Positions 11,087 through 23,515 of a stretch of DNA of 64,000 bases are shown one piece after another. The position numbers and the translations under genes were made by a program. The notes under the pieces are model-generated. The model was not told the DNA's origin. It searched no databases and was given only the letters and a program-made list of their open reading frames with translations. Origin of the DNA: Geosiphon pyriformis uo1 (lineage: Eukaryota; Fungi; Glomeromycota); NCBI GenBank assembly GCA_016748015.1, contig JAAOMT010000439.1:908888-972887 (forward strand), read 5' to 3'. The stretch's first letter is position 1; each line of letters opens with the position of its first letter.

Positions 11087-14000
11087 AATAAATACTTTAA
11101 TTAAAATTTTAATTCCATTAATTTTAAATAAAAAATAATTAATCTTTTTTATTAGTGTTTTAATATTCTTATTTGTAGTAATTATTTTGATAATGGCTGC
11201 ACAATTTACTTGATAATTCAATTAATTTATGAATTGTCTTATAATTATGCCATTTATTAATTTGTTGTTAAGTATTAGTTTAATATTTATTTGTTTTACT
11301 TTAATACTAGTGTATATTATTATAATTAGTTTATTTTGGTTAATAACAACTCTATTAAAAAGATTAATAAAATTCAAACTGTTAATATTAAATAGAAATA
11401 TAACAGCAAGTATATTATCTTAAATGTTTACAGCAAAAAAAATAATATTGAAAATGATTTAATTGTTGTTAAAAAAAATTGGTAATTCTAACTACAGCTT
11501 TTTTTTCTAAAAATACAGTATTATTAAAATTCAGAGTTTTTATAAGACCAAAATATAAAGTCTGATTTGAATATTCTGTTAAAGTTGCTTAGAATAATAA
11601 ATTGCTATAATTTATAGTTCAAAGCAGTACTGTAATAAGTTGAGTTTAATTTTTATTATTGCTTTAATATTCTTAATTATAGTTAATAGTTTAGAGCCTT
11701 GAGTTGCTATATGATAAAACTTAATATTAGAGTAGTGTTTGTAATATTACTTGTAAATATTGATAATAATTTTGTGGTGGTTAAGAAAAGTATTGGAATT
11801 GTTAATATATATACAAAAAATATTGGAATTCTATAAATTGTGAATATCTGAATTATTACTAATATTAGGTTTAATATTTTGATTTAATAGTTTTTATAAC
11901 AATTTTTTATAATATAATTAGATTTTTAACAATAGTAACAATTATAAAGATCTTGTTTTCAAAATTGTTGTTGTTGTTAACAGTATTGCTATTACTGATA
12001 TTTGTTGGTATTTTTTTTATATTGTAATAGCTAATAAGTCTTTGCACTTTTAACAAAGAATTTCTTAATTTTTTGAGTCAATTTTTTACTTAATTAAATA
12101 AGCTTTATATTAATATTAGAGGTTTTGTTTATGACTAAATTGATGGCTTGTGTATAGTTGGCTTCTTGTTTTGCTAATTTAAAATTACAAACTAGTATTA
12201 CTGTTTCTTATAAGTTGTTAAAATATTGGAGTTTAATAAATTAAAAAATATTACTTTTTAGTTTTTTAATAAATTGGTAAAGAATTTAATCTGCAATGTA
12301 ATAGTTTTTTTAAATTATCTAAATTTGGCAAAAAGTTTGATTAAATTTTCTAAAATAAGTAATTACAGTTTTGTGATTTTTCTGTTTTATTATATTGAAT
12401 TGATTTTATAGTTTAATAAACATATTTACATTACAAAACTACTATAAAAAGACAAGTTTGAAGATAACAAAGTTAGTTAGTTTTTCATTAAAACTTTGAT
12501 ATTATGAATCTGTAATTTTAGTTAAAAAAAAGATAAAACTTGAATTGTTCTGGTTTTGTTTTAATTATTGGCTTTAATTGTTTTTTTAGCTTTTTTAATC
12601 TATATATATGTATTGTTTTCTTTGCTAAAAAATTTTTCTAGTCTAACAATATCTCTGTATTTTATTATTTGAGTAATAAGAATTTGTTTAAATATGGATA
12701 AAAAAATGTTAATAAAAGTATGTTTAGTGTATTGTTTACCTTGAAACTAGTTGTTTTTTTATTGGTTGTTTTAATAAATTGCAATACAGATGTTTTTTTT
12801 AAAAAAATATTTGTTAACTTAATAAGTGACTAAATTAGAAGTAATGTTTAAGGAAAAGTGTTTTTATCTGAATTATTGGTTGTTAAAGTAAAATTTTTAA
12901 ACAAAAATCCATATTTTTCTAAGAATTTAGTTTTAAAAATTTTGGTTAGAGTCTTACAAATACAAATTTCCAAGAGTCTTTAAAGTTTTTAATTGTAATT
13001 TAATAAGTTAATTAAGTAAAATTTTGTTTTCTGAAGTTTGATAATATAAAAAAATTATTGGTAAGAAAAAATTTGATTTTTTATTAATCATAAATACAGT
13101 TTTTTTTTGTGTAATTTGTGTATTATTATTAAAATTAAACTTGAATTCTTTGAAGTTAAGTTTTAATATTTGTTTTATTTTTAATTGAAAATATTATTTT
13201 TGTGTATATAAATCGATTTTTTTTGTTAATTAAAAAAAAGTTTTGGCTATGACTCTTGTAGTAATTAAAATTAAATATGCTAATAAATTTGCTTTTTGAG
13301 TTTTTTTATATTTGTTGTTTGGTCTAATAGATAGTCAATTTTAGTGTGTATATAATAAATAAAATTGTTTTTAGCAATAATAGTCTTTTTTAAAATAATA
13401 ATATAATGCTTTTTCAAATAGTAAGTGATTTTTTTTAGTTCTAATAGTTATCACTTTTGTAAATTTTTAAGATGTTCTGTTTTTGTATATTTTATAATTT
13501 TTTAGAAAGCACCAAATGTTATGAATAAACTTAATAAAATATTGTTATAATATTTAGTGTTCTAGATTTAAGTAAGAGAACTGTGAAGTTTTTTTTAATT
13601 ACATAAAAAATATGTTAAAATTTATTAATTTTTAAAAATTTTTACTATATGTAAATTTACTTGTGGAATTCTCTAGTTATAAGATATAAAAATGTGTTTT
13701 GGCAGTTTGCAATTGTAAATGTAAACTATTTTTTCTAAGCTAATCAAAGATAGTTACTAAGATTTGATATTGTTTTTTTACTTTTTTAGTAAGCTAACAA
13801 GATAAAATTAATATCTAAATCTAAAAAAGCTTTTTTTTTACTAGACTATTAAGAAATCTATTTTTAGACAATTAATTTTTAATGTTGTTATTTACAAAAA
13901 TTAAAATAAAAATTAAAATAAAAAATAAAAATAAAAAATTTAAATAAGAAAAAAGAAAAAGAGAAATTAATATTGTTAATTATTATAATTAAGAGTAATT

Positions 14001-14552
14001 GGTCTAAGTTATTAAAATTCCAAAGCTGTTTATGCTAATAGTATTTGGTTTAAAATAAAAATAAAAAAAATGATTTATTTAATTTTAATAACATGAATTC
14101 TGTAATTATGTACAAATGGATTAAATAATATTTTTATTTAATGGTAAATAAAAAAAATATAAAAAAAATAAGATAAAAAAGTTTTATTAAGTTTAAAGCT
14201 AAAATATGTTTTAAGAAAATAAGTGTTTGTTTTCTGTTTGTTTTTTTTATTTATCAAAACAACTTATTTTTATACATATTCTCTAGTTTTATAAAAATGT
14301 TTTTAATTATTTATTATTACTAGCTATTGCTTACTATTTCTGTTATTGTTTTGTTTTTTTATGCTATAATTAGTTATTCTATATTATAACTAGTTATTCT
14401 GTGTTATTTAATATTATTGTGTGTTATTTTGTATTATTTTGAGTTATTATATATTATTCTGTATTATTTTATATTATCACGTTTTTCTATGTTATTACAT
14501 ATTAATTATGTTTTTTTAATAGCTTTGAATTAGTTTTTTTATTCAGGTAACA
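11087..14552 (-). mobile_element. Heavily decayed Ty3/Gypsy relic, upstream part (5' LTR, PBS, gag, protease); same element as 2780-4335
   Basis: Protease relic IKLILNNKLINGIIIRQ...IITTNKNIKTLIKKINYFLFKING (11090-11330). Gag relic IVRLEKFFSKENNT...KKTIKANN (about 12540-12650). PBS/LTR junction GCACCAAATGTTA at about 13509-13521. Probable LTR end GGTAACA at 14546-14552. Confidence 0.7.
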
Positions 14553-14843
14553 CTGTTAAAAGATTGATATTCAAAGCAAAAAATTTATTAACAAATACTT
14601 TTACTTAAGTTTTTATTATCTTAGAATCAATTTACTATTTGTCTAAAAAAATTTTTAAAAAAAAGAAAAGAGTTTATTATTATTTTCTATATTAAAATTA
14701 AGAAAGCCAAAAAAAAAGCTACATTTATATTAATATTAAGTTTTTTAACCTTAAAAGTAATAGCTGCTAAATTTAAAAAAAAACTTCTTATTAATACTAA
14801 TTGAAATATTATTATTTTTATTATTGTTAAACTTGTTATCCAT

Positions 14844-15720
14844 TGTTACTCATAAAAATATAGAAAATATATTAGCATGATTATTAGCTAATCAGAAGTA
14901 GACATAGTAAATGTGGAATTCCAGGATTCTTCTCAGGAATTGCAGGATTCCAGGAATTTCAGGATTCCTCAATGAGGAATTGCAGGATTCCAGAATTCCA
15001 GGATTCCTCTCAAAAGAATCACAGGATTCCAGGAATTCCAGGATTTCTGTTATAAAGAATCGAGAAATTGAGAAATCTCAATTATATATATATAGCAGCA
15101 GGATTAGAAGCTGAAAAGACAGACTTCTTAGTTTAGATTTAATCTAAGCAACTCTTCAAATCATAATCATTTAATAAATAACTATTTGTTATCTCAAACC
15201 CATTTCCACTATCAACACTTCATGTTAATAGTAATTGATACTTAACCACACTGGAACAATAGCTCTTGATCATGGCTATTGATGGGATACTAACTTGCAA
15301 ATCGTTTTGGCTTATTTTTTTTCTTTTCTTGTTTTATTTTATTTTCTTTATTTTCTTGCTTTGATTTTATTGTTGTTTACTAACTCTATTGAGAATTAAT
15401 GAGTGGGGCACTGACGTCAGAATAAACATAACTGGTAAAAGACCCAGAAATAAAGGTAGAACACTTGATTAAAGATAGCTTATCAGGAGAAATACCAGCC
15501 ATCAAGCTGAGAAAAAAATTGATAAAACTGTGGTTTCAGGAAGCTATAGATAAAACTATCACCATTAAATCTCTGTCCATTATACAAAAAACTCAACCAA
15601 ACTCTTCAAATACAAAACCTTCAGATACCAAACCTTCAGATTATCAACAATGAGAATAGCTTTGAGCACCAAGTTATGGGTTTGTATTTAATTCAACACC
15701 AGAAATTGTCATCTGTAACA
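14844..15720 (+). repeat. 5' LTR of element A (877 bp)
   Basis: TGTTACTC...TGTAACA termini; direct repeat of 24159-24981; contains GGAATTCC/GGATTCC tandem motifs followed by a TATATATA box. Confidence 0.95.
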
Positions 15721-15722
15721 TT

Positions 15723-15739
15723 TGGTGCTCCCTGTGAGG
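15723..15739 (+). promoter_or_regulatory. Primer-binding site TGGTGCTCCCTGTGAGG
   Basis: Starts 2 nt after the LTR end and begins with TGG, the complement of tRNA CCA. Essentially the same PBS occurs in element B (about 51974-51989, minus). Confidence 0.88.
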
Positions 15740-17800
15740 TATAATTTTACAGAGAACCAGCACCAACAAACACCATCCAAAAGTGGCAGAATTAAAACAT
15801 AGGAACAAACCATTTAGGATTTACGAAATCCCTATTTCAACACTATTGTCAACACTTAAGATTAAACCACAATCATATATCCATTGAATCAGCCTTTAAT
15901 TTTTACATCAATGAAAAGATTTCCTCTTTGTTAAGAACACCAGTGAATATTGAATCAGCCAGGGAAACTTTTTACAGAGAATTAATTCAAAATACCAACC
16001 TGCCAACAAATCACAATTTTGTCTTTATTATTACTGAGATCAACAAAAAAATTAAACATCACACCCAACAAAGATATCCAATTACTTACGCCAGTAAAGA
16101 CAAAGGAAAACTACAAACACCAGCAGTAACACCCAAAAAGATACAATCATCTACTTGAAAGAAAACAAAAGTTGAATCACCAACTGCTCTATCCTATTAC
16201 TACATACCAGGAAGCGCCATCAATATAACATCAGCAAGTGCATCCACATCAAACACGATATCAACATTCGGACAATTCCAATTCCAAAGTAAACAAAGAA
16301 AAACAGATCTACTAGGACTATATGGTGAATATTTTGAAGGATTTAAATTGTGATCACCAATACCATCAGAAATTTGATCACCGCCACTTCAACTGAACTT
16401 TAGAACCACTACCCCATAAGAACTATCTGAAGAAAAAGAGGAAGAAAAATCGGAAGATCAAGAATTTACTTACCAAAACCCAATCTTTAAAAATCTGGAA
16501 TTTGGAACTCCGAACATTCAAACTCAGCAAAAAAATCCAGAAATTGAAACTCTGAATATTCAAGCACTGCAAAATCAAAACCCCAAAGTAATTAATCAAC
16601 ACTTACCTTCAGTTATTGTCATGAATCAACCACCAGTTGAACCAATTGGTCAGTCTATCCAAATACCAAACCAACAAAATCAACAACCACCCCCAATATC
16701 ACCTCAATAACAACAACAACTTCTACCACAGCAACAACAACAAATGGCATATGTACCAATCATGAAGCTCAACAAATTTACTGGTAAAGAGAATAATGCA
16801 CAAGTTTGGCTAAATGATGTAGAAAAAGCCATTACAGCCAATGAATGGAATGATGCCAGAGCTATACAAGCTATATCTTATTTTCTTAAGGATACAGCAA
16901 ATTCATGGTATCAAAGTCTGGTCAACAAACTCCAAGATTTCAATGCCTTTAAATTAGAATTTTTAAGATACTTTAGCAATAACAACAGCATCAACAGATT
17001 AGCCAACACTTTCACTATAATTAAACAAGAAGAAACTAAAGCAGTTACCACATATCTGGAACACTTCCATAGAAATTTATGACAAATTCAAGCAATTGAT
17101 GCTAATTATTTCACAGTACCACAAATTCTCAATCAATTCATCCATGGCCTGTGCAGTAGCATTTTGCAACACATATGTCCATTGCATTCAGCAGGACACA
17201 GTCACACATGCCAGAGATTTTGAATCTGCTGAATTAAAAGCCAATCATGCCTACACCGTAAACCTAATGATGAATGAATTATCTGAATTAGATTCTAAAT
17301 TGAAACAATTCAGTGATTCAATTAATCAAAAATTAGAGGGATACTTAGCTGATAATCGCGCAATTTATCAACCACCACAACAATGCAATAATCCAGGAAA
17401 TGCAAATCATTTCCAAAATCAGTTATGTCCATCATCATTATTAGCAGCACCTAATCAGCCGTGGCAGCCAGAAACACGTGTTTGCCACAACTGTAGTAAA
17501 CAAGGATACATAAAAGCAGACTGCAGATTTTATAGCAACAATTCACAATTAGAAAATCAATATTGAAATCTCAATCACAGATTTCAAACTCCGAATTGTT
17601 ATCCAAATCAAGATCAAACTACTTACCTGCCAATAATGCAGCCACCAATCTATCAACTGCCAGTATATCAACCTCAAATTTATCAACTGCAGCCACCAGT
17701 AATCTATCAACCACAACCCCAAATAATTTATCAACCCCAATCAATTCAGACACCGCCCCAAAATTCAGTTAATATAACATCAGGCCACTCCAGACCTAGA
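15740..17800 (+). pseudogene. gag: Gag of element A
   Basis: KLNKFTGKENNAQVWLNDVEKAITANEWND capsid-like region; knuckle CHNCSKQGYIKADC; Q/P/Y-rich tail; stops and a frameshift. Confidence 0.88.
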
Positions 17801-18119
17801 ATCACACAAAACTGGAGATTAGTGATGGTTGTCCACCAACTGATCTCCAGTTCTTTCAACTCACTATCAGAATCGTGTTCTTGGAATTCAGGTACTGGTG
17901 CCACCCAAAACCCAAATTTTCAGAACTATTTAAGTCTCTTGATTACCTCAGAAGATGCCACCACTACCAATTCGAGATCCAACCAACAATTAACACTCAT
18001 TAGCAATATCCCACCAGCCACTGTCACAGAAAATGAGTTACTCACAGCCATATTTTCATTTGAAATTGAGAAATCATTAGAAGTTTCTTTGTTTAGCAGA
18101 GCCACTATTGAAGAAAAAC

Positions 18120-18510
18120 CCATTACAGCGATGTACACTGATGCCAAAATTGATGGCCATTCCATCAAGCTCATTCTTGATAGTGGGTCAGCAGACAGCA
18201 TTATCACATGACAACTCATGGACCAATTAGGTTACTGAGTTGATTATACTGCCAGCGCCAAAATTATAACAGCCAATAGAACAACCAAAACTCCTATTGG
18301 CAAGATTGATAATCTACCCATTGAAATCAATGGTATTACTGTACCAATCAAGGTATTAGTAATGGAAGCAACCTAGTACCAAGTTCTTGTTGGCAACAAC
18401 TGGTTGTCCAAAACCATCACAATGTTCGATTAGAACACGCAGGAACTCCAACTTAGCCAAAATGGCCAATACACATAAGTACTAGCCACGTGTGGCCATT
18501 TCAAACCTAA
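18120..18510 (+). pseudogene. Retropepsin (aspartic protease) of element A
   Basis: IKLILDSGSADSIIT catalytic D-S-G motif; downstream VLVGNNWL. Confidence 0.9.
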
Positions 18511-19764
18511 CAACATTATGTCATCAATGCCGCTCATCAATTTTGAGGAGGAAAAACCAAAGCCTACTTGGGAGGCATACTAAGTATTGTGAGCTAACGT
18601 CGAACACAATAAGCTACCACCAATTCTAGACTGAGAAGAAAAGAACAATATAAAGGGAAAAGGAACAGAAACAGAAGAACATATTTGGAAGACCACTATC
18701 AATGCCTAGAATAATGACAATGAAAGCAAAGCAAAACAATGCCAACCAGCTGAGAAGAAAAAGGGAAAGGAAAAGAGAAAGAAGAAGACTTACCTGGAAA
18801 AGCCGACAAAGCCACAGAAAAAATAACCAGTGGCTAAGAAAGAAAATACTTACATGAGCCAGTGAAGAAGCCATCTTATATTCTCTTAAAATGTCAGGAC
18901 TGTAAGAAGAAACTTTCTTCCATGGAAGCATGGATTGCACCAGATGAAAACTACTGAATGCAAACTCACTACTACTGCAAACCATGCCATAGAAAATGCT
19001 ATGATTACCCAAAACGACAAGGCAAGTGGGACAACAAACCATGTCTTGCTTGCAGTAAACAGTTACTCGATGAAGGAATGTGGAACAACATTCCTGGTCA
19101 AGGAGGAACGTGTAATGTTTCATGCCAATACACAATTCTTATCAGCGATTGGGTAAGTCGTGGCACACCAATAACAGCTGCCTGGCACTGAGCAATCTCT
19201 TGTTTAGAAGGTTATCTACATGATAAAGACAAAATCTGGTGAATGGCCAACGCCAAAGTAGAGGACACTTCGCCCAGTAAAATTCTGGAGATCAAGAACA
19301 ACCCTCCAAAACCAACAAACATTGTTTTGGTTCTCAACCCAGATGTCTTTCTCAACTTAGAAAACAGCCCAGAAGAATTCCATGAACACTATCAGAACTT
19401 AGCACCCACCAGAAAAGAGCAGGAACAAAGATTGGAAGAAATAAACACTCGACTATATGACCATTGTTTAATTCCATGTGACTTCCAATATTGTAATGAG
19501 TGTGATCTCATTTACAATCCACCACCATGCATGATCTACATGATCGCCGAAGAGAAAGAACCAATCAGCAGCTGTGCATTGGAATCAGAATTGATTTTCA
19601 ATTCTGATTCAAACTCTGACAAGGATGATGACAAAAACATCAGTTCCAGCTTCATTCAAAATGGCATTAATAACGACAACAATTCCAACTCAGATTTAAA
19701 CTCCAATTTAAACTACAAACAATATATTGCGTTCTCTGACCTCATTAAGGAGCAAGAACTGAAA

Positions 19765-20185
19765 TGGTTCAGTGATAATGATAAGGGTATCATGCCAGAA
19801 TGCGTGCATAATACTGATGCTGGGTTTAATCTGAAATATCAAGGAAAAGAAGCTATCAAATTGAAACCACATTTACGCACCTGCATTGATCTAAAAATAG
19901 CTTTAGAAATTCTAGCAACAACGATAGTTCAATTAGCATCTAAAAGTAGTTTGGTGAAAAGAGAGATAAACATCAGAGGAGGAATAATTAACACAGGATA
20001 CATAGGAAATATCATTGCTATACTACAAAACGACTCTGAAAAGGCCTATATCATAGAGCCAAATGAAAAGATAGCACAGGCAATATTCCTGCCTCTGGTG
20101 AAAATAACGCAGTTAGTATTAGTGGAAAATAGAGAGAAATTAGGGATAACAGCAAAAGAGATACAGGGATTTGGATTAACAGATA
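19765..20185 (+). pseudogene. dut: Trimeric-type dUTPase domain in the pol polyprotein of element A
   Basis: All five motifs in order: DAGFNL, ASKSSL, GGIINTGYIG, EKIAQAIF, AKEIQGFGLT. Several catalytic residues are altered in ways consistent with G>A changes. Confidence 0.92.
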
Positions 20186-20699
20186 GAATAGATGTACCAG
20201 TCAATATGGCAGAAGAAAAAATTGTTAACCAAAAAGAAATTATCTCAATGGGTCAAGCAATTTTCATTCCACCATATGGCCAGTACATGATAAGAATAAA
20301 GTGGGAAGTAAAAAAACAGAATCAGATTTTTGAAGCAGAACCAACCCTTTGTAAATTAGGAAAGATTGGATTTATCAATCTCTATATACCAGCCAAAGAT
20401 TACAACCACATCAAAATTCCCATCTATAATAACACAGGAAATAGTATAGTAATACCAGCCGGAACCACCATTGGATACTTAAGCACTGAAATAGAAAATC
20501 AACTACCAAGCACTATTCTGAACTTTCTACAGCTTTGTGAATATGTTGATATCACATCACAAACAATATATGAACAAAGCAAATATTATTTACTCCAACC
20601 AGAACAATTGGAACAAATGAACATGGAAAACTTAGATCCACTCCAAAGTATGCAACTTAAGATATTGTTTAACAATTTCAATGACGTCTTTGCCAGCAA

Positions 20700-22010
20700 A
20701 AATGAGTTTGGTTGAACTAATATTATCCAGCATCAGATCAAGACTGGAGATACAATGCCAATTAAACAAAGAACATACAAAGTACCACCAGCTAGCCATG
20801 AGATTATCTGGCAAGAGATAAACTGAATGCTTGACAACGGGCTAATTCAGCCATCAATGAGCCCATGGTTGTCACCAGTAGTACTTATTCATAAAAAGAA
20901 TGAAAAGATCTGCTTTTGTGTGGATTATAGAAAATTCAATGGAGTAACTTGTGGAGATAGCTACCCCACTCCATGGATCCAAGAATTATTTGATGCTTTT
21001 GGTGGAAACAAATGGTTTTCAACATTAGACCTAGACAGTAATTACTGGCAAGTAGTCATGGATCCAGCTGACAAAAAAAAGATGGCATTCACCACCAAAG
21101 AAGGGAATTTTGAATTTGAAGTAATGCCATTTGGCTTAACCAATGCACCAGCCACTTTCCAAAGGCTAATGGAAATTTTTTATATTGGCTTATTGTGGAA
21201 ATCAGTAGTTGTATACTTGGATAACACCAATGTATTCTCAAAAACATTTGATGATCATTTTCATCATCTTCAACAAGTGTTCAAAAGACTAAAAAGAGCA
21301 GGACTAAAGTTAAATGCAACAAAGTGTTTTTTTGGCAAAACAGAACTAAAATTCTTGGGACACATAGTCAGCAAAGATGGCATCAAAACGGATCCAGAGA
21401 AAATAGAGATAGTAAAGAACTTTCCAGTGCTGACAAATATGACAGAACTGAAATCATTCTTGAGATTTGCCAGCTACTATCGACATTTTATCAAGAACTT
21501 TTCCAAGATAGTGCAGCCACTCAACCAACTGCAAACCAAGAATACAAAATATGAATGGACAGAAAGTCAACAAGAAGCTTTTAATATTCTGAAAAGAAAG
21601 CTCATTCAAGCTCCAATACTGATCTATCCAGATCACAGCAAATCATTTATTATCACCACTGATGTATCTGGCCAAGCATTGGGAACAATACTATCTCAGA
21701 GAGGACCAAACGGTAAGGAACATCTAGTAGCATATACCAGCAGAGGTTTAACACCAGCTGAAAAGAATTATAGAACACCAGAACAAGAACACTTAGTGAT
21801 ATACTGGGCAGTCATGAAATGGAAAGAATACTTGAGCCAGAAGTTTGAAATATACACAGATCACAAAAGATTAACATTACTTCAAAAACAAAAATTTGGA
21901 GATGGAAGACAGTCAAGATAAAAAATGGCACTCGCATCATATAATTATACTATACATTATAAAAAGGGAAAAGACAATGGAAATGCTGATGGTTTGTTGT
22001 GAATGAGACA
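20700..22010 (+). pseudogene. pol: Reverse transcriptase and RNase H of element A
   Basis: SPWLSPVV, FCVDYRKFN, MPFGLTNAPATFQ, VVYLDN (cf. YLDD), FLGHIVS; RNase H TTDVS, EQEHL, YTDHK, NADGL. Confidence 0.96.
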
Positions 22011-22259
22011 AATCTAAGAACATTTCAACCCAAAATATAACAAAACCAGAACAATACCAACAAAAAATATAACAAAAGATGAACATACAAAAATATCAAC
22101 AACTGCAACATTATATAAACACTCAACAGTTCAAGGAGAATTTATCTCAAACAGAACAAAAGAGTATCAAACAACAATTAAAATATTTTATTACTCACCA
22201 AAATATACTTTATTAGAAAAATAGAAGAGAGCTAGAGCAACCAACCAGAGTAATTACAG

Positions 22260-23335
22260 AGCCAGAAAAAGAGACAATATTATTTAACATGCACTCAAAT
22301 CCAACAGCAGGACACTTTCACAAAGAAGCAACCATAGAAAGAACCAGAAAAAGATACTATTGGCCATCAATGTATCCAGACATCATCCAATATGTTCAAA
22401 ATTGTGATGCTTGTCAGCGAAGAGGAGGAACAAAACTCAGTAAACCATTAAAACCAATTAAAATGGGACAACCATTCGACCATATTGGAATTAATCTAGT
22501 CAGACCATTAACAATCACCAGAGGAGGAAACAGATACATAGCAGTAGCCATAGACTATCTCACTAAATGGCCAGAGGCGAAAGCAATTCAAAGAGTGGAT
22601 GCAGAATCCATTGCCAAATTTGTTTATCAAGATTTAATTTGTCGACACAGATGTCCAAAAAAATTATTATCAGACCAAGAAACTTATTTTGTAAACAGAA
22701 CATTAACAAAATTGAGCCAAAGATTCAGAATTAAGAGACCACTATCATTATCATACCATTCACAAACCAATGGATTAGTTGAAAGATTTAACAAAACATT
22801 GTGTGAAGCAATAGCTAAGCTCAGCCAAGAAAACCAGAATAATTGGGATGTGTTGATATCATTAGTACTATTTGCTTATCGAACAATGAAACAAGACACT
22901 ACACAAGCAACATCATTTGAATTAGTATATGATAGAACAGCAACATTACTAGTGGAGATAGAAGTTAACACATATCCAACTGAACCAATAACAAAAGAAA
23001 ATTTCCAAGAAACATTGTTAAGAAGAACATATAACTTAATAGAAACATTAGAAAACAAACAAAAAAGAGCAGCTGATAACATACAAAAGTCACAAAAGAA
23101 ACAAAAAAAAAGACATGATAATCAACTACTAGACAAACCAGTTGAATTCAAGATTAGAGACAAAGTACTCTTACATCATACCAAAGTGGAAAAACAATGG
23201 AATGAAAAATTTGATCCCAAATGAGATGGACCATTTCACATAAAAGAAATTCTAGGAAATGGAGCTTACAAATTAAGACTGGACAACAAAATCTTAACCA
23301 AAGCAGCACATAGAGATCGACTGAAACCATACCAC
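22260..23335 (+). pseudogene. Integrase of element A
   Basis: HHCC motif (MHSNPTAGHFH...CDACQ), core GINLV / SDQETYF / NGLVERFN, and GPF module (DGPFHIKEILGNGAYKL). No chromodomain recognised. Confidence 0.95.
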
Positions 23336-23515
23336 AACATCATACCACTATCTACCAGTAATATTCCACAATTAGGAGTACAGAGAATACTAGTTCAACC
23401 AGATCAGATTCCACAAGATCTGGAACCAATCATTATTATTGACAACAACACGTTAAATTGATCCATCAAAAGAATATATAAAGACATAGTAGACATAACA
23501 GGAAATATCAGAAAA

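Noticed and set aside
14911-15114. Small repetitive protein ORF (also 46826-47029)
   Set aside because: It is a by-product of the GGAATTCC repeat array inside the LTR.
19243-20715. Stand-alone host dUTPase gene (490-aa ORF)
   Set aside because: It is an interval between decay-derived stops in the Gypsy polyprotein, in frame with RT and inside the LTRs.
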